A stretch of 64,000 nt of DNA, taken from the NCBI GenBank assembly GCA_964016885.1, contig OZ024743.1, positions 328,228,001 through 328,292,000 on the forward strand, in the 5' to 3' direction. Position numbers and translations under genes: made by a program. The DNA comes from Eledone cirrhosa. Its lineage: Eukaryota. Position 1 is the first letter of the stretch; each line of letters starts with the position of its first letter. Of this stretch, positions 51,722 through 64,000 are shown piece after piece. The notes beneath the pieces were generated by a model. The model was not told the origin of the DNA and made no database searches. It saw nothing but the letters and a program-made list of their open reading frames with translations.

Positions 51722-53928
51722 TGGCACTAGCCCTCACATTATATTATGTCACCACCTTCACATTATGTTATGGTACCACCCTTGGATTGGCAGTATCAGT
51801 AGAGGGTCGGACGCCATGCTTTGCAGCAAAGAGTTATGGCCCTTTATGGTCTGAGTTCAAATCCCACTGTGGTTAACTTTGTCTTTCATCCTTACAGGGT
51901 TGATAAAATAAAGTACCAGTAATACACTGGGATACTTGCTGGCCTTGTGCCAAAAGTAGAAACAATTATATCATGGCACCACTCTCACATTATATCATGG
52001 CACCACCCTCACATTATGTCATGGCACTACCCACACAATATATCATGGCACCAGCCTCACAATATGTCATGGCACCACCCTCACATTATGTCATGGCACC
52101 ACCCTCACATTAACATTATATCATGGCACCACCCTAACATTATATCATGGCACCACCCTCACAATATATCATGGCACCACCCACACAATATATCATGGCA
52201 CCACCCACACAATATATCATGGCACCACCCACACAATATATCATGACACCACCCTCACAATATCATGGCACCACCCTCACAATATGTCATGGCACCACCC
52301 TCACATTATATCATGGCACCACCCTCACTATATCATGGCACCACCCACACAATATATCATGACACCACCCTCACAATATGTCATGGCACCACCCTCACAT
52401 TATATCATGTCATCACCCACACAATATGTCATGACACCACCCACACAATATATCATGACACCACCCTCACAATATGTCATGGCACCACTCTCACATTATG
52501 TCATGGCACTACCCACACAATATATCATGGCACCAGCCTCACAATATGTCATGGCACCACCCTCACATTATGTCATGGCACCACCCTCACATTAACATTA
52601 TATCATGGCACCACCCTAACATTATATCATGGCACCACCCTCACAATATATCATGGCACCACCCACACAATATATCATGGCACCACCCACACAATATATC
52701 ATGGCACCACCCTCACATTATATCATGTCATCACCCACACAATATATCATGTCCCCACCCTCACATTATATCATGGCACCACCCTAACATTATATCATGG
52801 CACCACCCTCACAATATATCATGGCACCACCCTCACAATATGTCATGGCACCACCCTCACATTATGTCATGGCACCACCCTCACATTAACATTATATCAT
52901 GGCACCACCCTCACAATATATCATGGCACCACCCTCACATTATATCATGGCACCACCCTCACTATATCATGGCACCACCCACACAATATATCATGACACC
53001 ACCCTCACAATATCATGGCACCACCCTCACAATATGTCATGGCACCACCCTCACATTATATCATGTCATCACCCACACAATATATCATGTCCCCACCCTC
53101 ACATTATATCATGGCACCACCCTAACTATATCATGGCACCACCCACACAATATATCATGGCACCACCCTCACAATATGTCATGTCACCACCCTCACATTA
53201 TATCATGGCACCACCTTCACAATATGTCATGTCACCACCCTCACATTAACATTATATCATGGCACCACCCTCAAAATATGTCATGGCACCACCCACACAA
53301 TATATCATGGCACCACCCACACAATATGTCATGTCACCACCCTCACATTATATCATGGCACCACCCTCACAATATGTCATGTCACCACCCTCACATTATA
53401 TCATGGCACCACCCTCACAATATGTCATGTCACCACCCTCACATTAACATTATATCATGGCACCACCCTCAAAATATGTCATGGCACCACCCTCACAATA
53501 TATCATGGCACCACCCTCACATTAACATTATATCATGGCACCATCCTCACATTAACATTATATCATGGCACCACCCTCACATTATATCATGGCACCACCC
53601 TCACATTATATCATGGCACTACCCTCACAATATATCATGGCACCACCCTCACATTAACATTATATCATGGCACCATCCTCACATTAACATTATATCATGG
53701 CACCACCCTCACATTATATCATGGCACCACCCTCACATTATATCATGGCACCACCCTCACATTATATCATGGCACTACCCTCACAATATATCATGGCACC
53801 ACCCTCACATTAACATTATATCATGGCACCACCCTCACATTATATCATGGCACTACCCTCACAATATATCATGGCACCACCCTCACATTAACATTATATC
53901 ATGGCACCACCCTCACATTAACATTATA
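51722..53928. repeat. 24-bp (22/30-bp variants) minisatellite abutting the exon E acceptor; interrupted by the SINE at 51785-51968
   Basis: tatatcatggcaccaccctcacat units. Confidence 0.96.
51785..51968 (+). mobile_element. tRNA-derived SINE family with Nin/Deu-like central domain (copies ~1325-1440 -, 8826-8945 +, 14875-15040 -, 28600-28820 +, 42950-43170 +, 63222-63410 -)
   Basis: B-box GAGTTCAAATCC, then ctttcatccttacggggtcgataaaataaagtaccag and the tail ggccttgtgccaaaagtagaaacaatt in many copies. Confidence 0.8.
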
Positions 53929-53946
53929 CTGCCTTGTCTTTTACAG

Positions 53947-54037
53947 CCAGAGAATATTCTTCTGGATGACGACATGAATGTAAAACTCACAGACTTTGGT
54001 TTGGCCACATTTCTAACTGATAAACAGGAACTTACTG
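53947..54037 (+). CDS. PHKG: PHKG coding exon E (PEN...DFG)
   Basis: ttttacag/gttagt; 91 nt; PENILLDDDMNVKLTDFGLATFLTDKQELT(E). Confidence 0.94.
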
Positions 54038-54814
54038 GTTAGTAACTCCCCCCCCCCCCCCCTCCACTCCTCCTCCACTTCCTCACCACTTCATTCTCTC
54101 TTCCTCTCTTCACACTCCACCTGCCTCTCTCTCTCCTCACCCCCACTCTCTCCCTGTCCTGGACTTGCCTATAAGTTAAATAAGCTAAAGTTTCAGGCCA
54201 GACACCCTTGAGTCCCTCATTTAAATGAAAATATATTTTCATTTTTTCATTAGTTTTTATTCTTATATATATATATATAGCTAGTTCCCAAGGACAGAAT
54301 TTATCTATCTAATCTATCTTACAGGCGATCTGTCGATTTTGAGAATGTAAGCAATACTTGTCTTTTCTTCTATCCGTAGTCTTCTAAATAAGCAGTGTTT
54401 TAATCTCTTAGTTATGCCAGTCTAAAATTCAAATTCTCCATTTTCCTCTCTGATTTTCAATTATTTATTTTACATGTTTTTAATATGTCTCAATCAGTTG
54501 GACCCTTCCTAAAAACTAACCTTCTCCAAAAGCTACCCATTTCCCGCCCGCCCCCACTCACAACCATTGCTATATGGTCCAATCAGAACTCAGCGGCTTT
54601 AGTAAGTTCACTAACAAATCAGTATAGTAAAGCTACCACCTCGGTTACTACTCCTTAAGTTTAGACCTGTTTGATGGGTTGACTGCGGAAATTTGAAAAG
54701 TCTAACCACTCAATGACAATGTCACAGATAAAGATAAATTCACCTCCCGCTGCAAGACAAGAATAGAAGGACCCCTCTTTATTTCAGACACGGATGACCA
54801 ACAAAATTCCGCGG

Positions 54815-57220
54815 GAACACGCCAGCCAGATAGATTATATCCTTACTAGAAGACAGGACAAAGTGTCTGTTGTAAACACTAAATCCCTCTCCTCTGAAGA
54901 ATGCACCTCCCAACATAGCCTAGTAGTTAGTGACCTCACAGTCAGAAATAGACGTACTCGACGACAGAGGAGGCTTATCTTGAGGAGAAGAATATGGAAG
55001 TTGAAGGACCCCATAGCCAGTGACAAATTTAAAAGCTTATTACTTGATGCCTTTGACAATAAGGAAGAGCAATTAGAGACGTGTGATATACAGGAGCAGT
55101 GGCAATTCTTGAAAGTGAACCTGCTGAAAGCAACGGATAAATCTGTGGCTGGAGCAGACCTATTGGCAGGAGGAGTGTAACTTGGTGGTGGAACAGTAAG
55201 GTAGAAGAGACAATCAAGGCCAAAAAGCAGGCTTGGAAAGTATGGCAGGATGGGGGAAGTAGAGAGCACTATCAAGTGGCCAGGAGAAAAGCTAGGAGAC
55301 AAGTGTACCTTGCAAAAAGGGAAGCAGAGGATAGAAAGTTCAAGCATGTTCTTCAACGCGAGACCAAAAACGCGAGGTGTTCAGGATTGCTAAACAATGT
55401 GTCAAGGAAAACCGTGATATTGTCGGGGAGCAGTGTGTCCGTAATGATAACGGTGTACTTGCCCTCACTGATACTGATAAGAAGATAGCTTGGAAGTGTC
55501 ACTACGAGAGACTACTAAATGAGGAGAATAAGTGGGAAAAAGTTAGTCTGCCCCAAATCGATCCAATAGAAGGACCAGCGGTGCAAGTTAAAGGTAGTAT
55601 AATAAGTAAGGCAATCAAAGATATGAAGACAGGCAAAGCAGCTGGGCCTTCGGAGATAGTTACTGAGATGTTGAAGGCATCTGGAATGGTGGAACATACT
55701 ATGGTGACCCGTATAGTTAACCAAGTAATACAGAATGGGGTCATACCAAAAAATTGGCATAGCAGCATCATCATTAACTGCTACAAGGGTAAAGGAGATG
55801 CCCTAGATAGAGGAAACTATAGAGGCATTAAATTAATCGACCAGGTCATGAAGGTCACAGAAAGAGTTATAGCGCAACTAATCAGAGAGCGAATTGATCT
55901 AGATGAAATGCAGTTTGGGTTTGTGTCAGGTAAAAGTACCACAGATGCTCTTTTCCTTGTACGACAACTACAAGAGAAGTACCTAGCTAAAAGTAACCCC
56001 TCTACTTAGCTTTTGTAGACCAGCAGAAAGCCTTTGACAGAGTCCCCCGCTCCATTATCTGGTGGGCTCTTAGAAAACTAGGTGTAGATGAATGGCTTGT
56101 GAAAGCTATACAAGCTATGTATAATGAAACAGTCAGTAAGGTTAGAATTAACAATGAATATTGTGAAGAATTTAGTGTAAAAGTTGGTGTTCATCAAAGC
56201 TCTGTCCTTAGCCTCCTCCTATTTATTATTGCTCTTCAGGCTATAACAGAGGAGTTCAAGACTGGCTGCCCATGGGAACTCCTATACACAGATGATCTAA
56301 CGCTTATAGCTGAATCAATGGCTGAACTAGAAAAGAAATTCCAAACATGGAAGCATGGCCAAGAATCAAAAGGCCTTAAAGTTAACTTGTCTAAGACTAA
56401 AGTCCTAGTTTGTAGAAAGGAAAATAAGGCACAGGTACCCTCAGGGAAATGGCCTTGCTCATAGTGTAGGAAAGGAGTAGGCAGAAATTCAATTTTATGT
56501 CCCAAATGCAAAGTATGGGTACATAAAAGATGTAGTGGGATCACAGGTAAACTATCTAAGAACGTAGACTTTATATGTGGCTGATGCTCAGGTGCAATAG
56601 GTAGCAAGTGTCCACAGGATACTAGCCCCTTCTATTGCCCAGATGGTTCTATCAAAATAGTACACACTTTCCGTTACCTGGGTGACGAAATCAGCAGTGG
56701 TGGAGGGTGTTCTGAAAGTACAGTAGCCAGAGTCAGAATGGGATGGAAAAAGTTCAGAGAGCTTATACCGCTGTTGGCCACAAAAGGTTTCTCTCTAAAA
56801 ATGAAAGGCAGATTGTATGATGCTTGTATACAAACAGCAATGCTACACCCCAATCCACTACCCCTACCCTATCCTCCCACTCCCAACAACACCACCCTCT
56901 CTCTATAAAGTTGGTACCATCCAGTCCCAATAAATGAGATAATGAGATCGAGATCGAGATTGTGTAGGTGTCACGAGAGAAAAACACACAGTCCACGCTG
57001 TAATGTGGTTGTGTAGGTAACACGGTAAAAAGTTCCCAGTTCCACACTGTAAATGTGGTTGGTGTTAGGAAGGGCATCCAGCCGTAGAAAACCTGCCAGA
57101 TAGTCCTATATAAGCGAGACACGGTCACCCAACCAACCTTGCCTCAAGTGGGACAACTCCCGTCTAACCCATGCTAGCATGGGAGATGGACGTTAAATGA
57201 AGATGATGATGATGATGATG
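54815..57220 (+). mobile_element. RTE LINE fragment (end of APE through RT; internal deletion near 56845; 3' UTR)
   Basis: SQIDYIL..QHSLVV (APE end), KAAGPSEI, MQFGF, LYTDDL; 3' UTR nearly identical to the reverse complement of 11865-12230. Confidence 0.9.
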
Positions 57221-58108
57221 GATATATATCCAGAGAGTGTAACATGAAGTTACTGTAGGTTCACCCAGGTGAGCACTCGATGTTTAGATTCACGTCGGTG
57301 GCAGAGTGTAGAGCTAAACAGAGTGTAATATAATAATAGAAGGACGATTTGTTATGACTGCATTGTGTCTATTGATCGGTGACGCGCGTTTCGCTAAGCT
57401 CAAGGTTGGATCTGTATCGATCTGGCCCGATTCTGGAATCAAAAGCTCATCGGATCTCTGCTATCATCATCATCATCATCACCGTTTTACGTCCGTTCTT
57501 CCACGCTAACATGAGTTAGACGGGTTGTCCTATTGTGGGCAGTGTCCGGTCGGCTGACCTTGTCTTGCTCATACAGGAACTGATTCTGGCCTGATTTCTG
57601 CAGCTGGATGCCCTTCCTAACACCAACCTCGTTTACAGTGCGTGCTGGGTGCATTTTTGCTATGGCACCTCCACGACCACTTTACAGTGGAATGATAGGG
57701 ACCCAGTCCTATCATCTCATTTCTACAGCTGAGTAAACTGGAGCAATGTGAAATAAAGTGTCTTGCTCAAGGAAACAACACATCACCCGGTCCGAGAATT
57801 GAACTCCCAATCTTTCAATTACAAGCCTAATGCTCTAACCACTAAGCCATCCACCTTCACCTGCTATATTAACATTACTATAAAAGATTTATCAAGTATA
57901 ATTATCTAAAATTGTTTTACTTAAATTTTATTTAGAGAAGGGCCTCAAATTTAATATAGCTTAGGGCCTCAGCATATATAGGTTTCTCTCTATCTCTCTT
58001 CTATGACTCTATTTCTCTAACTCTTTCTCTCTCTCTCTCTCTCTTTTCTAAAACTCTTTGTCTCTCTAATTCTAACCTCTCTCTATTTCCGTCTCTGTCT
58101 TTCTCCAG

Positions 58109-58199
58109 AACTATGTGGAACCCCTGGCTATTTAGCACCAGAAGTTCTTCAGGTCTCTATGAATGAAACAGCTCCTGGTTATAGACAAGAAGTGGATAT
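58109..58199 (+). CDS. PHKG: PHKG coding exon F (activation segment, APE)
   Basis: ttctccag/gtaagt; 91 nt; [29 protein letters not shown](M). Confidence 0.94.
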
Positions 58200-58334
58200 G
58201 TAAGTACTTTCAACGTTTGGTTTCTATATATATATTTGTATGATGTGTATGCGTTTGTGTTTGTGTTTATGTATATGTTAGCAGTGTAAGGGAAATGAAT
58301 TCTTCAATTGTAACTCAACATCTTGCTTGTGGAC

Positions 58335-58526
58335 TCAACTTGGTTGTGAGCTAAACTTGATTGTGAGCTCAACTTGGCTGTGCGCTAAACTTGGTTCTGA
58401 GCTAAACTTGATTGGGATCTCAACTTGGTTGTGAGCTCAACTTGGTTTTGAGCTAAACTTGATTGTGTGGTCAACTTGGTTGTTAGCTAAACTTGGTTGT
58501 GAGCTCAACTTGTTTGTGGGCTCAAC
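58335..58526. repeat. ~17-bp tandem repeat
   Basis: gagct(c/a)aacttggttgt units. Confidence 0.85.
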
Positions 58527-59639
58527 TCTCCAGGAGCTTACTTCCTACTTGATATATGTTGATTGCAGTTAAATGTTTAAATAGCATTATAGGAGAATGT
58601 AAAAGAAATGGGATGTTGTGATGTTAATCTTGTGTTTATTGCCAGCAGAGGAAGTGATTATTAAATAATAATGGTCATCTGTTTTACATATGTTTTTCTG
58701 TGTTGGTATGGGTTGGATGGATATATTTGTGGCTGTGTTTTAAAGCCAGATGCCCTTTCTGATGCCAACCTTTGTTTTTCAAGTAAGGTACTTTATTTCA
58801 TGCCTGTATCCACTATAACCATTACTATCACACTGAAGTACACTTTATAAAGTGGTTGGTGAGGGAGAGAGCATCCAGCCATTAAACTAGCAGTGGATTG
58901 GGAGGACTCTTCAGATGACAACCATCCCAAGTATTGGTGTACTAAATGATAGACACACCTAGTACACTCTGTAAAGACGTTGGTGATAGAAAAGACATCT
59001 AACCATAGAAAACATGCCAAACAAAGGGTTGAGAGGACTCTTCATCTATGTCAAAGACATGACAATCTCCCTAGTGTTGGGACTGGAGAAGTTCCTATGT
59101 AAACAGGTTGTTGGCTGCTGGCCTGTTTTTGCATTTGGTAGGGTATAGACCATATGTGAGATGCAGGCTCCTGGCCTACTGTGGAGTCAGTACCTCTGTT
59201 TTGGGAAGGCACATAGCCTAGTGGTAAAGGTGTTGGACTTACAATAATATTATTATGGGTTTAATTCCTGGACTGGGTTGTGTGTTGTGTTCTTGAACAA
59301 AACACTTCATTTCACATTGCTCCAGTATACTTAGCTTAAAATGAGTACCAGCAATAGCTGTGAGTTTACCCCTGCAATGGACTGGTGCCCTGTTCAGGGT
59401 AAGTCTTGTTGTATTCTCAGTCACTTCATGTCACAAAACCAGAATAAGCACTGACTTGACAAACCTGGTTTAAAACAGACTTTAGACGAGACTAGGAGAG
59501 AATTTGGGAACCAACCCAGTCTGCTGACAACCTGTCAAACTCTTGCTAGCTGAAAGCTGATGTTAAACAATGCTTATGATACTAAATGTGGTGTTGATTT
59601 GACTAAGACTAATGCAGTTACATATATTCTTCCAAACAG

Positions 59640-59669
59640 GTGGGCTGTCGGCGTTATCATGTACACATT
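59640..59669 (+). CDS. PHKG: PHKG coding exon G (30-nt micro-exon)
   Basis: ccaaacag/gtaagt; completes DM-WAVGVIMYT(L), in phase with exon F. Confidence 0.88.
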
Positions 59670-59837
59670 GTAAGTATATCTTTATATTTTCATCATGTAC
59701 ACATTATCACATACACATTATCATGTACACATTCTAAGTATATCTTTATATTTCTCTAGTTCAACTAGAAACCAAATTTAGGAGGCAGCTTAGCAATAAC
59801 CCTGCACCATTCAGCATTATATCTATCTTTCTATCTA

Positions 59838-61195
59838 TCAATCCAATCCAATTGTGATGCTTAGTTTCTTAAAGTTGGTCTTCACTACCACATCCCAAGT
59901 CTTCCTAGGTCTGCTTCTTCCACACATTCCAGCTATTGGGATTTCTCTGCATTTCTTTATGCAGCTGCTATCTTCCATATACATCACATGTCCATTCCAA
60001 CACAATATTCTCTCTTGCACACTATATCCAATTCCTCTTATGCACTTATGTTACACCAATCATGCACACTAACATTACACATCCATTGGGGCATACTCAC
60101 TTCATTTCTTTCCAGCCTTTGCAGGTCTTTTGCAGTCAATTCCCATGTTTCACTGCCATGTAGTGTTGCAGTTCACATGCATATATCATACAGTCCATGC
60201 TTCATTCTGATAGAGAAGCCCTTTGTTGTCAGCAGAGTTATCAGCACTCTCTAGCTTCTTCCAGATTGTTCTGATCCTGGCTATTCACTTTCAGTGCATA
60301 CTTCCCCACTGTTAATTAGATTACCTAGGTAACAAAAGCTGTCAAGAACTTTTAAGGAGTCACTCTGGCAACTGAAGAAATCTATTTCATGTGTGCTCTT
60401 AGTTCTTACTTCTCTTGTGCATCTGCCACATAAAAATCTATCTTTTCTATTAGCTTGCCTGCAATCCCAGTACATCCGTTGTGCATCTATAGATTACACT
60501 GTGTGCAGCTTAGAAAATTTCTGCCGACCCTTTTCTGACCTATTGAACATGGCCGCTTCACTGCCTCCTGTCTTCTTTCTTACTTATTAAGACGTTCGTC
60601 TTTGCTAAATTTATTTTTAGGCCTTTCAACACTTGGTTATTCTTCCATATTGGAAATCTTACCTCTAACTCTCTTACGGATTCAGCTATAAGGACTAGTT
60701 CGTCAGCATATAGGAGTTTCCATGGAGTGTCAGTTTTAAACTCCTCAGTGATCGCCTAAAGGACAATGTTAAACAGGAGTGAAGTGAGGACTGAGTCATG
60801 GTGAACTCCCACTTGCACTTCAAATTAATCTCTGTACCCATCTCCAGTCCTTATCCTGCAGGTTGCTCTTTTATACATGGCTTACACAACCCTCACAAGC
60901 CATTCATCTACATTTAGCGTCATAAGTGCCCAACTGATTACAGAGCGTAGGACCCTGTCAAAAGTCTTATCTATATCTACAAAAGTCGAATACAGTGGCT
61001 TATTCTTAGCTAAGTACTTCTCTTTTCTGGTAATTGTCTTACCAGAAAAAGGGCATCTGTAGTGCTCCTGCCTGGTATAAATCCAAACTGTATCTCATCT
61101 AACTTGATTCTATCCCTAGTTAGTTGTGCTATTACCCTTTCAGTAACTTTCATGACCTTGTCCATCAACTTGATGCTTCTGTAGTTACTTCTCAT
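59838..61195 (-). mobile_element. Old, degenerate RTE LINE fragment
   Basis: NYRSIKLMDKVMKVTERV, IQFGFIPGRSTTDA, RPRKTWD in broken minus-strand ORFs. Confidence 0.8.
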
Positions 61196-61216
61196 CTAGT
61201 GCATCTCATATATATA

Positions 61217-61425
61217 CATGAGGGAAGTGTGGTAAGGAACCAGTTGGACCATAACGTACCAGAGTACTCGATACTTTGTGTAGTAGAGTGGGTAATAGGA
61301 AAAGGTTCAGGACCCCGATGGCAGAGCTCAAGCCATTTCGATGGCTATTTCTGGACGCTTTCAGTCCAGAAATAGCTGTCAAAACGGCTTGAGCTCTGCC
61401 GTCGGGGTCCTGAACATTTTTCTAT
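61217..61425. mobile_element. Second copy of the fold-back element; hairpin at 61295-61425
   Basis: Same 5' segment ggtaaggaaccag.tggaccataacg; ~62-bp arms, 7-nt loop; flanked by (TA)n. Confidence 0.8.
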
Positions 61426-61499
61426 ATATAGAGAGAGAGAGAGAGCGAGAGAGAGATCAGAGATGGCTACTTTTACTTGAAACCTGTGGGGTTTGTTGT

Positions 61500-62284
61500 C
61501 TTTGACCATCTTTGCTTGTTTCTAGTTTAAGATTTTCAAACAATGAAAGATTGGTATTCCTCACACAAGTTCTTGTCACAATTTTGGTGTGCAGGTCCTT
61601 TTTATGCTCGGAGACAGCAGTTAAATGATTTATAATAAGGGAAGTTACCCTGCCTGTATCTCCTATTTAACATTCCAGGTGATTATATTAGAATATATAA
61701 TTTCTTGGACAAACATAAAATGTATTTTCTCGCTCCATCAATGAAAGGGAGTACGGAGTTTGTGATATTCCTGTTGACCTAAGTTTATCTGTTGATTTAA
61801 ATGAATGTGTTGGATTAAATGTGTTTTCTGTAAATGTATCCCTTGGAATTTTTTGTATCTCTGACACAAAATTGAATTATTTGTGAAATTAATACTTAAT
61901 TTCTTGAAATTATCTCCCCTTTTTTTCTTAAGAATGACTAACAATTACTATTGGTTTTTGTTTTCTGTTTCTATCTCTGATGCAAATTTCAATTCATTAG
62001 AAATTTTTTGCATATCTCAGTGAGTACAGCAATATCTGCCTTAATTCCAATATATGGGCTAGTATTTGATTACACAGGCAGCAAATTAGCAGACAAATTA
62101 GAATACAGGACATAATGCTTTTTCTCTTTCTGGGGTTGATAAATAAGGTGTCAATCCAGAGATGGTGGACTGGCAGAATTTTTTCAATATTGGATGAGAT
62201 CTTTTGCAATATATATTCCGACAGTTTGTGTTCTGAGTTGAACTTATGACATAAACTACTTGAGTGGTAGACATAATCTGTCAA
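61500..62284 (-). mobile_element. Possible degenerate Penelope-like (RT C-terminus/GIY-YIG) fragment
   Basis: Minus-strand pieces KSIM..L.IC..LELRQI..RY, VLPFIDG and IGDTGR...SEHKK loosely resemble the PLE RT-to-GIY-YIG linker; lies next to the fold-back element at 61217-61425. Confidence 0.4.
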
Positions 62285-62821
62285 CTAGTTTAAAACCCCT
62301 ACTTAGCCCATGGGTAGTTAGACTTAATCTGTCACCTGGTCCTTGGGAGGTTAGATATATATCTCACCTCGTTTAACATCACCACCTGGTCCTTTGGTGG
62401 TAGACTTAATCTGTCACCTGCTTTAACATTACAGAGTGTACTGGGAGCATTTTATTGTGGCACCAGCACTACCATTTTACAGTGTATACTGGGACCATTT
62501 TATCATGGCACAAGCACTAACCTATACATGTGTGGAAAATACATGTTAAATGGTGATGATGATGAGGATGATGATGATGATAACCAGATGAGTGTTGGTA
62601 TCATGATAAAACACACCCAGTACACTCTGTAAAGTGGTTGGTGAGGGAAAAGGAGCCAACCATAGAAAACTTGCCAAAGAAAGAGCCAGGAGGACTCTTC
62701 AGTTGTGTCAATGACATGACAAACTCCCTAGTGCTGGTGCCACAATGAAATGCACCCTGTATACTCTGTAAAATGTGTAAATGTATGTAAGCAAGATGTG
62801 TACAGGGGTCCACAACTCACT

Positions 62822-63115
62822 TACTCTCGGGTCCCAAATAATAGGGAGAGTTGGAATAAGCCGAGTGTGGGGGGGGGGGGGTAATTTTTCTATGTTATCG
62901 CCCTTGAGTTTTTTTAAAAACCAGAATTAGTTGTTTAGTTTACATATTGAGATCCCAACTTTTTTGTTATATATAATGTTTTTTAATGTCTAAAGAAAAT
63001 TAATTTCTACCACTTAAAATAAAATTTCACCTGAGATAGATTAGCAAAATTTAATAAGCAGGGTGTAGTGTAAAAAAAATCTGAAAAATTAATGATTATT
63101 CGAGACCCGACAGTA
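62822..63115. mobile_element. Tc1/mariner-type MITE
   Basis: tactctcgggtcccaaataat / attattcgagacccgacagta imperfect TIRs with TA ends. Confidence 0.65.
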
Positions 63116-64000
63116 CATACCTGTCTGAGAGGACAGTAGCTCTAATATAGTACTGATTTGGTTTTTAACAATCTGTCCAACCCATGCTAGCAGGGAGAAT
63201 GGACATTAAATGATGATGATAATAATTGTTTCTACTTTTGGCACAAGGCCAGCAATTACTCAGTACATTACTGGTACTTTATTTTATCGACCCCGTAAGG
63301 ATGAAAGGCAAAGTTAACCTCGACGGGATTTGAACTCAAACCATAAAGGCATGTAACTATGCTAGAAAGCATGGCGTCCAACCCTCTACTGATACTGCCA
63401 ATTCACCGTGATAATAATGAACTTTATAGTGTTCAACCTCAGACAGGTAAACCAGTGAATTGTTCTCCAATTAAAATCTAGACCAATATTTTATTACTGC
63501 TGCTGCTACTACGAGTCATTGTTATGGCTGTAGTGGTAGTAGTAGTAGTGTAGTAGTAATAGCACAAACTGCATTGAACTGAACTTTATAGTACAGTTAA
63601 TGGTCAAGTTAATCTACATACTTGTGCCTGTTTTTCCCTGGGTTTAAAACACAGAATTACTACTTAAAAATGAGGTTTATTTGACAGGCCTTGTACATAG
63701 ATTATAAATCCTCCTCATACTCCTCCTCATCATCACCATCCTCCTCCTCCTCACACCTCCGCCCCTCCCCTGCCTCCTCCTCCTTTATAGGGTCGTGGGT
63801 GCAGAGTCCTCAAACAATCCTTCCAGCAGGTCCTTTCAGAAGCAACAGTCTTCAACTGATCCTGCTGGATCCCCCTAGTGAGACCAGCCAAGCTCATAGA
63901 TGTTATCCAACCATCTTTCTCAGGTGTCTATCTACCTTAGGGTCTCCTTCCGGTTGGTTTTGCCCTTAAGATCTGTCTAAAACTCTCACAACCCAGTGAT

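Noticed and set aside
52474-54042. 522-aa His-rich protein fused to kinase motifs
   Set aside because: Only 53947-54037 is a supported exon, spliced in phase from HRDLK; the upstream part is minisatellite

Overview
AT-rich, repeat-saturated eukaryotic (metazoan) genomic DNA. The SINE/RTE repertoire suggests a cephalopod, probably an octopod; this is inference. The only host gene I can support is phosphorylase b kinase gamma catalytic subunit (PHKG1/2-like) on the + strand. It has seven consecutive GT-AG exons at 42058-59669 that splice in frame into 195 codons of kinase domain. The start exon was not found in the window and the 3' exons lie beyond it. The rest of the window comprises a near full-length, GC-rich L1/Tx1-clade LINE (33459-39308) inserted in an (ATT)n tract, six fragments of an RTE LINE carrying a PHD finger, tRNA-derived SINEs (one family shares the RTE 3' tail), pogo/Tigger-like and piggyBac-like MITEs, and several large minisatellites that explain most long ORFs in the track. 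The most unusual signal is a set of short, often fold-back elements carrying hammerhead-ribozyme cores (Penelope/retrozyme-like), with the best intact core at 40436-40471. Also notable are candidate restorative A-to-I recoding sites in the kinase exons and splice-site oddities created by repeats. All alignments and folds were done by eye; no searches were run.
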